Source of the DNA: a virus
Length of the DNA stretch: 64,000 nt
Strand: one strand, 5' to 3'
Virus record (IMG/VR): IMGVR_UViG_3300030202_000274
Location: 2,594-66,593 of that record
A program made the translations under genes and the position numbers. Positions 49,032 through 57,665 of the stretch are shown one piece after another. Each line of letters begins with the position of its first letter. Positions within the stretch are counted from its first letter, which is position 1. Under the pieces are notes generated by a model. That model saw only the letters and a program-made list of their open reading frames with translations. It did not search any database and was not told the origin of the DNA.

Positions 49032-50536
49032 ACTTTCCTTTTGGTTACACCTGGTTTAGAAAATACATCCCATTGTTTCTTAGCAACAGTTGGTTGTGTT
49101 TGTATTTTACCAGACATCATTGTTCTACCTTCACCAGCTCCCATCATCAAATATTGTAAAGCATCATGAACGTGAGAGTATCTATTCTTTAAAGGTTTTT
49201 CATCATATCTATCTCCAGACACTTGAAGTCTTCTATAATGATAGCCACCATTAAAACCTTTTTTTAAATTTATACATTCTGTACTCATAGTAAATCCTGG
49301 TGATCCATCTATTAATCTTGATAGTGTAGAATCAACAGCTTCTATTCTTAATGCAACATCATTAGATGGTGCAGGAATAGCTTTTAATCCATAATTTCTC
49401 ATTATTTGAAATGGAGTTCTTTCATCTGTTTGTGATCTAAAATCTCCAGCAGGATCTCCATAGATCATAACTTCATATCCTTTGTATAATTTTGCTATTT
49501 CTCCTCTCAGTAATTCTGAGAATCTAATTACACCCATATCAAAACAAACAAGCTCATTTAATATATTCCATTTACCTGTAGTAGTTCTTTGACCAAAGAC
49601 TGCAGCAGGAGTTAATCCAAAGTCAACTCCAATCCATATTGGTTGTCCAGGTATTAAATCTATTTTTTCTTTTGTTATATGTAATTCATCTTTGAAACTG
49701 TGATATACAGGTTTACCTTCTTCAATAGATCCTAGTTTATTTAAAACATAAACATCTATCCATCCTTTTGTTTTACCTCTAATAATATTTTCATAATATT
49801 TTTCGGTTAGGTTTTTTTTATTTTCTGATTTTTTGTTATCTTCATAACCAGTTATTAATCCATCAGATCCTTTGTTTTCTAGCAAAGCAGGGGGTTGGGT
49901 ATAAAAACTCCAGTTGTCTGGTTTGATTAACATTAAAGCTTCTTCTCTAGAGATGTGGTCTGGTACAGGTACATCTGCTGCCATGATTGGCCACCAGTGA
50001 TCTTCTTCTGGTGCGTTGGTATCAGCTATAACTCCATACCAACTAGCTCCACCTTCTCTCATACTAGGAAATCTTCCTACCCTCATAGTACAAGCATCTA
50101 TGATTGATTTGGGTATTTCTCTTGCTTCATTAACCCAAACACCAGTCAATTCTAATGATAGTAATTTCTTAACATCTTCTGGTCTATCAAGAGCTAAGAA
50201 GATAACTTCTACATCAAGTTCACCAACTAAGATTCTATGAGTATAAGGAACACTCCAAGCAAAGTTACCCCAAGTATCTTCTGGAAACCAATCTAACCAT
50301 GTTTTGATTGTTGTAGTTCTAAGCTGTGGATTTGTATTTCTAATTACAGCCCATCTAGATTTTCTTTTACCTTCTGCATTTTTCTGTTGTAATAAAGCTC
50401 GTCTAAATATTTCAATACAACAAGCAACTGACTTACCAGAACCTACTGGCCCACGCAGTCCTCTAAAGAAGTCGTCAGACTTCATAAATTTTTTTAGAGT
50501 ATCGCCTTCTGGTTTGTATTTAAAATTAATCGACAT
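49004..50536 (-). CDS. terL: Terminase large subunit (phage B)
   Basis: GPVGSGKS, RNT.PQL..TT, WVNEARE, DTNAP, GVDFGLTPAA, SHVHDALQY. Confidence 0.93.
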   Translation of the reverse strand: MSINFKYKPEGDTLKKFMKSDDFFRGLRGPVGSGKSVACCIEIFRRALLQQKNAEGKRKSRWAVIRNTNPQLRTTTIKTWLDWFPEDTWGNFAWSVPYTHRILVGELDVEVIFLALDRPEDVKKLLSLELTGVWVNEAREIPKSIIDACTMRVGRFPSMREGGASWYGVIADTNAPEEDHWWPIMAADVPVPDHISREEALMLIKPDNWSFYTQPPALLENKGSDGLITGYEDNKKSENKKNLTEKYYENIIRGKTKGWIDVYVLNKLGSIEEGKPVYHSFKDELHITKEKIDLIPGQPIWIGVDFGLTPAAVFGQRTTTGKWNILNELVCFDMGVIRFSELLRGEIAKLYKGYEVMIYGDPAGDFRSQTDERTPFQIMRNYGLKAIPAPSNDVALRIEAVDSTLSRLIDGSPGFTMSTECINLKKGFNGGYHYRRLQVSGDRYDEKPLKNRYSHVHDALQYLMMGAGEGRTMMSGKIQTQPTVAKKQWDVFSKPGVTKRKVWDIFKRNG

Positions 50537-50714
50537 TTACACCAACATTTGCTTTTAACAGATTGTATATAGTTTCTTCACCAAAAGCTTCTACAAGTTT
50601 ATCAGCTTCATAGTCTGTTATCATGTGTGTTGGATAATGTTTAAGATGTGTATTCTTAACGATAGTTCTTAATCTTTTACGATCTTTTAAACTTAAATTA
50701 TTGAGGAACGACAT
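50526..50714 (-). CDS. Hypothetical protein
   Basis: Coupled in operon. Confidence 0.55.
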   Translation of the reverse strand: MSFLNNLSLKDRKRLRTIVKNTHLKHYPTHMITDYEADKLVEAFGEETIYNLLKANVGVNVD

Positions 50715-50980
50715 TTTAATTGTTCTACCCTTTCTAATACTATTTTCAAGATTTCTTCTTCTTTACCATATTTAGCTTCAAATTCTTTCTTAGCCATGTG
50801 TATAGAGAAGTTTCCTTGATGATGGTCATGACATAACGGAATCACGTGGAAGTGGCTTGTACGTCTTCCTATGCCAGTTCCAGGGGGTCTTATATGATGT
50901 AGGTTAGCTGGTCTTTCGCAAACATAGCAGCCAAGCTCAGCTACCCACCTCATATGTTCTTTTTCTTTTTTTGTCGCCAT
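50693..50980 (-). CDS. Ref/DUF968-like HNH nuclease
   Basis: CxxC...HHIR...IPLC..HH.G...H. Confidence 0.75.
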   Translation of the reverse strand: MATKKEKEHMRWVAELGCYVCERPANLHHIRPPGTGIGRRTSHFHVIPLCHDHHQGNFSIHMAKKEFEAKYGKEEEILKIVLERVEQLKCRSSII

Positions 50981-51111
50981 TACTTCTTTTTCATTTTAGC
51001 AATAATCTTTTTTTTAAGAGCTTCTGGTAATGTTTTCTGTTTTCCTGTTAACTTGCTTTTTGCAGCAGGTCTTCCTCTTTTTGAACCGTAAGTTCCTTTT
51101 CCGTAGGGCAT
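50980..51111 (-). CDS. Tiny basic protein (43 aa, not in ORF track)
   Basis: MPYGKGTYGSKRGRP...QKTLPEALKKKI; GGAGG RBS. Confidence 0.65.
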   Translation of the reverse strand: MPYGKGTYGSKRGRPAAKSKLTGKQKTLPEALKKKIIAKMKKK

Positions 51112-51320
51112 TGTTCCTCCATTTGTTCGTATGTTGATCTGCATCCATCTGGTGTTGCAGCACTTGCCATCTGTATGGCTTGTATATCATTTTCAGCTGA
51201 ATATACAATCTCTCTTTTTAAAGAGTCATCTTTCCATATATTTACTTTGTAATTCATATTCTCTCCTTTGTTTGTTGGAAGGGAGAACCTTATAGAACTA
51301 AAAAAATTTTTAAAACGCAC
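51048..51320 (-). CDS. Hypothetical protein (likely start MNYKVN)
   Basis: AAGGAGAG RBS before the internal ATG. Confidence 0.5.
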   Translation of the reverse strand: MRFKNFFSSIRFSLPTNKGENMNYKVNIWKDDSLKREIVYSAENDIQAIQMASAATPDGCRSTYEQMEEQCPTEKELTVQKEEDLLQKAS

Positions 51321-51325
51321 TTAGG

Positions 51326-51460
51326 CTAACGCCCTTGCCCTTTGTACCTAGTTTGCTTCTTTTGTCTTTTGGAAGATTTGTTTTGGCTCTTAGTATGAAC
51401 CCCTCGTCTTTTCTTAGGTTTATCTCTTGGTATAAAATGTGTAAACTTCTGTTTTGCCAT
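51326..51460 (-). CDS. Tiny basic protein (44 aa, not in ORF track)
   Basis: MAKQKFTHFIPRDKPKKR...RYKGQGR; homologue of 25812..25949. Confidence 0.7.
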   Translation of the reverse strand: MAKQKFTHFIPRDKPKKRRGVHTKSQNKSSKRQKKQTRYKGQGR

Positions 51461-51576
51461 GCGTACCTTTTTGAACCCTGTTGTCTGTGAGAGTTGCCTC
51501 GTCAGCTATGGCTGATGATTTTTGCCCCCACCCTCCGACTCTGCTAGTCGTAGATGTGTGGGTGCATACCAACGCC

Positions 51577-51951
51577 TCACGTTAGATCTATATTAATCTT
51601 AATATCCCCCTGTATATTGTGAGATACCTTATCTGGTGTTCTCAATCCTACTCTATCGAGAATATCTCTACTAGCTTCTAGTTGAACATATTCACTCCTC
51701 GCCCCTGTGGATAGCTCGATAAGTCTTTTACTCGCACTTACTGCGCCAAGTCCAAGAGTTTGTGCAATACGTTGTTGCATATACTGTTGTACCTTTGGTA
51801 AACGTAGTGTGCGAGAAGCACTTACTCTCGCTGAATCTTTGCTAACTTCTGTTGAATATCCTGCCTTTTTAGCAGCTTCTGTTATACTACACCCAGTAGC
51901 TACGATTGTATCTACTAGGTTTCGTTGTTTCTCTGTTAGATCGTCTTTCAT
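51577..51951 (-). CDS. terS: Terminase small subunit (phage B)
   Basis: LTEKQR...TEAAKKAGYS...ASRTL..PKV...A..DILDR.G. Confidence 0.85.
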   Translation of the reverse strand: MKDDLTEKQRNLVDTIVATGCSITEAAKKAGYSTEVSKDSARVSASRTLRLPKVQQYMQQRIAQTLGLGAVSASKRLIELSTGARSEYVQLEASRDILDRVGLRTPDKVSHNIQGDIKINIDLT

Positions 51952-51978
51952 AACGCTTATTTATTCTACCCTTAACTG

Positions 51979-52007
51979 TTCGTAGTTATTTTAATTGTCA
52001 CTGTCAA
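51979..52007 (-). promoter_or_regulatory. Sigma70-like promoter for terS / late operon
   Basis: TTGACA-N17-TACGAA on the minus strand. Confidence 0.45.
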
Positions 52008-52062
52008 GAGAAATAACAGGACTTTAGTGGTATTGGAAACTCACATAACTATATCTTGTATG

Positions 52063-52410
52063 GCGACTTACAGGCTCTAGTTCGCTTTGCTCACCCAAGC
52101 CCTTCGGTCTTGTCCCTAAAGGGTAACGATCCTGGTCGCATTGATCAATCCTCTGGATTGCTCTGAAGGAGTTGCCAAAGGCAACGCTTACAACCCCATA
52201 CGCAATTTTCTAAAGAAACCGTTCGCTGTTGCTCACTATTGCTATGGGTCCCCCCCACACACGTGGATTAATGTGCTTGTATCATGAGTTTGCCTTAATG
52301 AACAGTGCAAGGGACATCAGCGCCTCACCTAAAGGTGATTCCCCTTCGGGTGCGCTGTGTCGCACTGTGTCATTAAGCTTTGCCTCATGATGACTGCACA
52401 CCTTAACCAC
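52063..52410. other. Large multi-domain structured element (ssDNA or RNA)
   Basis: GC-rich, non-coding, many nested inverted repeats (see findings). Confidence 0.75.
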
Positions 52411-52460
52411 ATGCGTTATGCCATGTCGGTTATAAAGTAAACGATAACAGAAAGGTTACA

Positions 52461-52631
52461 ATGGAGTACGTTAAATACTATGAGTTGATAACAGATGAAC
52501 ACGATAAGAAAAGAGTTGTTGAGTTATCAATGTTAAGAGAAGAAGCTATAGTGAAAGCTGACTATGATAAAGTTAGTGAATTAGATAGCGAAATAAATAA
52601 TATAACTAAAGGAGTTAGATATGATGGGTAG
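52461..52631 (+). CDS. Early hypothetical protein (56 aa, not in ORF track)
   Basis: GAAAGG RBS; MEYVKYYELITDEHDKK. Confidence 0.55.
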   Translation: MEYVKYYELITDEHDKKRVVELSMLREEAIVKADYDKVSELDSEINNITKGVRYDG

Positions 52632-53115
52632 TGAATTAAATCAACAAGATTATTCAGATAGTAGATTAGATGATATGCAAGATGTATTAGATTGTGTTGA
52701 TATGAAAGCTGGTGTTACTGGCTTTTTCAATACAGTTATATCACCATTTGCTGATCATCCAGACTGGTCTATGTTAGCTGAATGGAACGCTAATAGTATT
52801 ATTGGTGTATTCCAAAGACATCATGAGCAATGTATCAAAAGTCTAGATAAGACAAAAGATCTTATGCAGACTGCGTTACGAGAAGATGTTGGTAATGAGA
52901 TTACTAAGCTAAATGTTGACAAGTTAATATTTAGACGTGATGCTCAAGAAGTTAATATCAAAAGAGCTAAGTCTATATTGAATGAGTTTCTTCTATGTTA
53001 TGAAACTACCTTTGGTAAGAAGTTTATGCCTCAAAGCAAAGCTCCTGTTAAAGATGTTACTAAACAGATGAAAGAATACAATATGACTAGACTAAAAGAA
53101 GCTCTAGGTAAGTAA
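52621..53115 (+). CDS. Early hypothetical protein
   Basis: 164 aa, AGGAG RBS, followed by a terminator. Confidence 0.7.
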   Translation: MMGSELNQQDYSDSRLDDMQDVLDCVDMKAGVTGFFNTVISPFADHPDWSMLAEWNANSIIGVFQRHHEQCIKSLDKTKDLMQTALREDVGNEITKLNVDKLIFRRDAQEVNIKRAKSILNEFLLCYETTFGKKFMPQSKAPVKDVTKQMKEYNMTRLKEALGK

Positions 53116-53127
53116 TAATAAACAATC

Positions 53128-53164
53128 AAACCCGGTACTCTTAACAGGGTACTGGGTTTTTTTT
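53128..53164 (+). terminator. Rho-independent terminator
   Basis: AAACCCGGTACTC/GGGTACTGGGTTT stem plus T-run. Confidence 0.8.
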
Positions 53165-53256
53165 ATCGTTACAGCCCATTTTCAAAACGTTCGGCGTTGA
53201 AAATCATTGGGCGTTGCTGCCGAAATTCTATAAACTAATAAACAAAGGAGAATACT

Positions 53257-53439
53257 ATGTTAATTAAACTACAAAACTGGCTAATGAATGTTGCTGCCAA
53301 ATGGATTTGGATTGCAATCATGTTGCCAATTAGAATCATTCTAGGTTTGATATTTGCTGTATCAAAGCATATGCCTACTAAGGTTGAATTACCTTATAAA
53401 GTTGTTAAGAATGAACCTAAAGAAAAATGGTATAACTAA
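53257..53439 (+). CDS. Small membrane protein
   Basis: AAGGAG RBS; hydrophobic segment. Confidence 0.6.
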   Translation: MLIKLQNWLMNVAAKWIWIAIMLPIRIILGLIFAVSKHMPTKVELPYKVVKNEPKEKWYN

Positions 53440-53606
53440 TGGAAGTTGTAGGTAAACTTATGATGATACTTACAGGATTTATATTAACAATGTTAGGTAG
53501 TATAACATTTATACATTCTGATCATCAAACATTAGGTATTATAATTTGTTTTGCAGGTATTGTATCAATGTTTGCAGGACTACCAGATAACCAAAGGAAC
53601 AGATGA
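53439..53606 (+). CDS. Small two-TM protein (55 aa, not in ORF track)
   Basis: MEVVGKLMMILTGFILTMLG...LGIIICFAGIVSMFAG. Confidence 0.55.
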   Translation: MEVVGKLMMILTGFILTMLGSITFIHSDHQTLGIIICFAGIVSMFAGLPDNQRNR

Positions 53607-53806
53607 CAAAGTACAAACAACATATAATAGATGAACTAGCCAAGTTGCAATTTGATTATGCAGAGTGCAAAATTGAAATGGATGAATTTATTGCTGGTAT
53701 AACAAGACTAGGTATAGATTCTCCAGGCGACATAGAGGAGCATAGATCTAATGCAGAAGAAGCAAGATACGAGTACAAAGTATCTCAACATCAAAATAAG
53801 TTTTGA
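53603..53806 (+). CDS. Hypothetical protein
   Basis: Coupled in operon. Confidence 0.55.
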   Translation: MTKYKQHIIDELAKLQFDYAECKIEMDEFIAGITRLGIDSPGDIEEHRSNAEEARYEYKVSQHQNKF

Positions 53807-53966
53807 AGAAATATTTGATTTACAAGAAATACTTAAATTATATTTTTTAGAACAAGAAACATTAGCTCATAAAGATACAAAAGATATTAAATGTTACAAA
53901 CTAAATGAAAGATTAAAACATTTAGTTGCTTTGTATGAATTAGAGAATCCTAGCGTAGAAGATTAG
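53751..53966 (+). CDS. Hypothetical protein
   Basis: GAGGAG RBS. Confidence 0.5.
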   Translation: MQKKQDTSTKYLNIKISFEEIFDLQEILKLYFLEQETLAHKDTKDIKCYKLNERLKHLVALYELENPSVED

Positions 53967-53982
53967 TCGGTATCATTACTGC

Positions 53983-54067
53983 TCCCTTATTCTACGATAA
54001 ACACACAGTTGCGTTGCACTGTGGGGATTAAGCAACGCACACAGCTATCCCAAGAAATGAGATAGCT
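53983..54067 (+). ncRNA. Candidate pseudoknot/switch RNA
   Basis: CACAGT-[TGCGTTGC]-ACTGTG hairpin whose loop is complementary to downstream GCAACGCA. Confidence 0.45.
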
Positions 54068-54111
54068 TATATAAACAGAAAGAAAGAAATAACTATGAAA
54101 GGTATAGCTAT

Positions 54112-54327
54112 ATGAAGTCCGTTATCAAAGAAAAAGCTAAAAATCTACGCACAAACATAGAAGGGGTAATACCTAAATTTTTTGGCTTTTTGAAATATAT
54201 TTTAATAGCTGTATTATCTGGATTAAGTTGGTCATTATACTTTATTGGTCAAGCTATAGATCTTTGTAATCAGTATGTAAAATACACTAAACAAAAAATA
54301 ACAAAGGATAAAAATGAAAACAATTGA
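54112..54327 (+). CDS. Small membrane protein
   Basis: One TM segment. Confidence 0.5.
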   Translation: MKSVIKEKAKNLRTNIEGVIPKFFGFLKYILIAVLSGLSWSLYFIGQAIDLCNQYVKYTKQKITKDKNENN

Positions 54328-54526
54328 AATTGGAGATATATTAAACAGCATACCAAAAAAAAGAAGAAGAAATGCTAATACAATTAAGTATGGTATGTTT
54401 GGTTTATCTTTAGGACCAGAAACATACGAAAGATTAAATAAGTATTGTTTTAAACATAATATAGCAAAAGCTACATTAGTTAGAAATTTAGTAATTAAAT
54501 ATTTAGATGAGGTAGATAATGTATAA
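54314..54526 (+). CDS. Ribbon-helix-helix-like DNA-binding protein
   Basis: FGLSLGPETYERLNKYC...KATLVR.L...YL. Confidence 0.55.
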   Translation: MKTIEIGDILNSIPKKRRRNANTIKYGMFGLSLGPETYERLNKYCFKHNIAKATLVRNLVIKYLDEVDNV

Positions 54527-54854
54527 TGTAATATTATGGAAAGATAATGATAATGAAGATATTCATGTATTTAAAAATAAACCAACATTTGCAGATTTAT
54601 ATCCATTATTAGAATGTGATACGATTGAAATATTGCAAGGTTATGATTCAGATATATCTAATCGTACATTTGATATGTTTTGTGATGAAGAATCAAAATT
54701 AAAAAATACAACATATCCAAATAAAAGAGCAACCAAAGCTTGGTACAATTGGCAACAAAGAACTAAAAGACAATGTTTACCAGGAGATCATATTGTAGGA
54801 TCTGTTGCTATTATTAAAAAACAAAAGTTTAAATTAAAGGAGATTGATGGCTAA
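54519..54854 (+). CDS. DUF3846-like protein
   Basis: MFCDEESKLKN...N.RAT...D.IVG. Confidence 0.6.
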   Translation: MYNVILWKDNDNEDIHVFKNKPTFADLYPLLECDTIEILQGYDSDISNRTFDMFCDEESKLKNTTYPNKRATKAWYNWQQRTKRQCLPGDHIVGSVAIIKKQKFKLKEIDG

Positions 54855-55188
54855 TTGTTATTACCATTCTAAATCATCAGTAAAAAAATGGGGTGGTAAA
54901 ACTACAGACTACCAACCTATACATGATTGGTTTGATGAATCAAAAAAGATTGTTGCACACTATACTCATAGAGCATTACGACATCATGCTGAAGGTTGTT
55001 TTGCTGCCGAAAAAGAGTTTGGTACTACTATTACAAATTCTGATGGTAAAGTTGTTCCCGTCAGACTTATTGCCGAGCAACACATTCGTGAAGATCTAGG
55101 TTGGATTCCTAGTTTTCAAGATTGGGCAGTACAAATACGAGCAACACAATGGATGATAAGAGGATATAAAAATGTTGGAAAAGATTGA
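54844..55188 (+). CDS. DUF6915-like His-rich protein
   Basis: H..SS..KWGG...DY..IHDWFD.SK...HRALRHHAEG...EQH..EDLG. Confidence 0.7.
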   Translation: MMANCYYHSKSSVKKWGGKTTDYQPIHDWFDESKKIVAHYTHRALRHHAEGCFAAEKEFGTTITNSDGKVVPVRLIAEQHIREDLGWIPSFQDWAVQIRATQWMIRGYKNVGKD

Positions 55189-55561
55189 AGACGTACTTAA
55201 AGCTTTACATAAACATGGTATTACTAAAATTACTATTGATTATGAAGGTGGTCATGACGAAGGTACATTTGATGAATGTGTCTTTTACAAAGGTGAAAAC
55301 AAAGTTGTTGTAGATTGGGACAAAGTCATGAATGAAGAAGCTACTGACTTTGATGATAATAGTTTTTTAGGTTTAATTTATTCAGATTATGGTAGATTAA
55401 ATCAACACTATTCGTTTGCTTCAGAATATTCTTGTCGTGGTACTGTTACTATAAATACAGAAACAGGTGACTTTGATGATGATGGTTATGAACGTACAGA
55501 AACAGAAACAGATACATATCATACAGGTAATGTATTTAAAGAACAGAAAGAGGTATTTTAA
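55172..55561 (+). CDS. DUF6878-like acidic protein
   Basis: L...GI....I.Y.GG.D.G; usual partner of DUF6915 as I recall it. Confidence 0.6.
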   Translation: MLEKIEDVLKALHKHGITKITIDYEGGHDEGTFDECVFYKGENKVVVDWDKVMNEEATDFDDNSFLGLIYSDYGRLNQHYSFASEYSCRGTVTINTETGDFDDDGYERTETETDTYHTGNVFKEQKEVF

Positions 55562-55607
55562 GTGAAACCAAAAGAAAAGAAAGAGTACTTAAAATGGGTT
55601 AATAATT

Positions 55608-56258
55608 TTGCTAATGCAAAAACTGTTACCACAAAAGAAACCAAAACAAAAAAGAAAGGTAAAAATGAAACCAATAAGAAGTAATGAACTAAACTATCTT
55701 GATCACCTTATTGCAGAAAAGTTTAGACACAGAAGACAAAACATTGAGTCAGAAATAGAAGCTGCTACTCAAAAACAAACTGATAAAAATTACAAATCGT
55801 TTGTAGAAAAGTTAGGTATAAAAGCTCAAATTAAAGCTTTTAAAGACGCAGATGATAAACTTAAAAAGTTTCAACAGCAAAAAGAATCTTATGAGTCTAA
55901 ATTATATGCTGCAATGACTAATAAAAAAATAGAGCTTGAACAAAAACTTCAGTCTTGGGCTTCTATTAGAGGATGGAAAGGTAATTATGGTAACATTTTA
56001 GATGTTTCAATTAAAGATTATGATGATGTTACTTCAACATTATCAAGAGCTTGTAAACAAGAAACTAAAACAGCTGTAGAAAAATTACCTAAATTCAAAG
56101 TAAAACATGATTTAGATTTACTTGAAGAACAAGCTAAAAATGTTTTATACTCTGGTAGAGATATAAAAGATGTATGGAGACATTTAGGTTCTACATTCAA
56201 AGCTTCTGGTGTACCAGTAGCTGCACCTAAAGAGTTTCTACAATTAGAAAGTAAATAA
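55608..56258 (+). CDS. Coiled-coil hypothetical protein (likely start MKPIRS)
   Basis: GAAAGG RBS before the internal ATG. Confidence 0.6.
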   Translation: MLMQKLLPQKKPKQKRKVKMKPIRSNELNYLDHLIAEKFRHRRQNIESEIEAATQKQTDKNYKSFVEKLGIKAQIKAFKDADDKLKKFQQQKESYESKLYAAMTNKKIELEQKLQSWASIRGWKGNYGNILDVSIKDYDDVTSTLSRACKQETKTAVEKLPKFKVKHDLDLLEEQAKNVLYSGRDIKDVWRHLGSTFKASGVPVAAPKEFLQLESK

Positions 56259-56259
56259 T

Positions 56260-56568
56260 ATGGATATAGATAATGAAATAAATTATCTAGCTGAAACTGA
56301 TACTACCTTTGCTGAACATATGGCAGAGGTAGAGTATCAGCGAGATATGATTAAACATTACAAAGGTAGTTATGTAAATCAATCTGATGTAGCTGTTTCA
56401 AAAGCTATTGAAAATTATTACGCTTCCGAAAGTTATGTTAATTCAATTAAAACAATTAATGCTCTCAATATAGATCTTCTTAAATTAAAAAACAAAAGAA
56501 GAACTGCCGAAATGAAAATAGAAATATGGAGAACATTAGAAGCATCAAGGAGAAAAGGCAATGTATAA
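56260..56568 (+). CDS. Hypothetical helical protein
   Basis: C-terminal IEIWRTLEASRR. Confidence 0.6.
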   Translation: MDIDNEINYLAETDTTFAEHMAEVEYQRDMIKHYKGSYVNQSDVAVSKAIENYYASESYVNSIKTINALNIDLLKLKNKRRTAEMKIEIWRTLEASRRKGNV

Positions 56569-56821
56569 CGAACAAGAACTTTATACTTATATTGGTAAAC
56601 AAATTAAACATGCTAGACATACTACATTTCAACATAGAGTTATGACTCAAACTGAATTAGCTAAAGCTGCAGGTTGTACCTTTCAACAAATTCAAAAATA
56701 TGAAAGAGCTACCAACAAAGTATCAATAACTAAATTAGGTAAAATAGCAGAATATACAAAAAAACCATTAGGTTATTTTATTCCTAATAGTATAATGGAC
56801 AGCACTACCATATCTAGTTGA
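56561..56821 (+). CDS. XRE-family HTH regulator
   Basis: MTQTELA...GCTFQQIQKYE.ATN.VS, alphaproteobacterial-type. Confidence 0.85.
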   Translation: MYNEQELYTYIGKQIKHARHTTFQHRVMTQTELAKAAGCTFQQIQKYERATNKVSITKLGKIAEYTKKPLGYFIPNSIMDSTTISS

Positions 56822-56853
56822 CAGCTACCAAAATATACATATACCTAGTAATT

Positions 56854-57096
56854 ATGGCAAATAAGGCACTAGGAGAACAATTTCATAATAAGGTAATACC
56901 CCAGTTTGTTAAAATAAGAAAAGACATGGGTATTTCTCAATTAGAAATGGATGAAATATTAGGTGTAGCTAAGGGACTTGTATCAAAATGGGAGTGTGGT
57001 ATAAGAAAACCAAGTGGCTGGTTATTCTGTTGTTGGGCAGAAGCACTAGATGCCGAAATTGTAATTAAAAAAAAAGAGGTAAAACATGACAGTTAA
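56854..57096 (+). CDS. XRE-family HTH regulator
   Basis: GISQLEM...GV...VSKWECG.R.P; start moved to ATG 56854 because the TTG at 56818 is part of TTGACA. Confidence 0.75.
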   Translation: MANKALGEQFHNKVIPQFVKIRKDMGISQLEMDEILGVAKGLVSKWECGIRKPSGWLFCCWAEALDAEIVIKKKEVKHDS

Positions 57097-57397
57097 TCCA
57101 GAGTTTAATCCTGGTGATATAACAGACGATCCTATTGTAAATGATGTAATCAAAAAAACAATTGATAGACACGTTCAAGGTATGGAGAAGTTTGGGAAGA
57201 CTATGTCTGAAAACAAAAGACCTACTTCCGAATGGGTAGATGAAACAATCGAAGAACTATTAGATGCTATACATTATTTAACTAAAATAAAAACTGAGTT
57301 TAAAGAATTAGACGCAGATAAAATTAAAGTTAAAGCAGCTCTAAAAAGTTTAGGAGAAGGAACATCTACTAATGAAAAAACAGAAACCCAAAGTTGA
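57086..57397 (+). CDS. All-alpha NTP pyrophosphohydrolase-like protein
   Basis: R...G..KFG.T...W.....EELLDA..Y. Confidence 0.55.
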   Translation: MTVNPEFNPGDITDDPIVNDVIKKTIDRHVQGMEKFGKTMSENKRPTSEWVDETIEELLDAIHYLTKIKTEFKELDADKIKVKAALKSLGEGTSTNEKTETQS

Positions 57398-57665
57398 AAT
57401 AGATTACACACCTTATCATGTAAGACAACAAGCATGGTATATGTCATTGCTTAAGTTTTACAAAACTATTGAGTTTAATGATAAGATATATACTGACTTC
57501 GCTACTAAATTGTTATCAGGTAAAATGGAAAAAGAAATTTTACAACAATTAGATAGTCTTAGAAGAAAACACAAAAAAATAGAACAAAAGAAATGGGAAG
57601 ATATAAAACGAAAGGGTGCAACTCGTGTAGGTTTAAACTTCCGAAATATATACAGGAGTAAATAA
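57372..57665 (+). CDS. Hypothetical basic protein
   Basis: In operon. Confidence 0.55.
   Translation: MKKQKPKVEIDYTPYHVRQQAWYMSLLKFYKTIEFNDKIYTDFATKLLSGKMEKEILQQLDSLRRKHKKIEQKKWEDIKRKGATRVGLNFRNIYRSK

Noticed and set aside
52063-52410. tRNA, tmRNA or group I/II intron
   Set aside because: No cloverleaf with T-loop/CCA, no tag reading frame or intron core recognised, and it does not interrupt a gene
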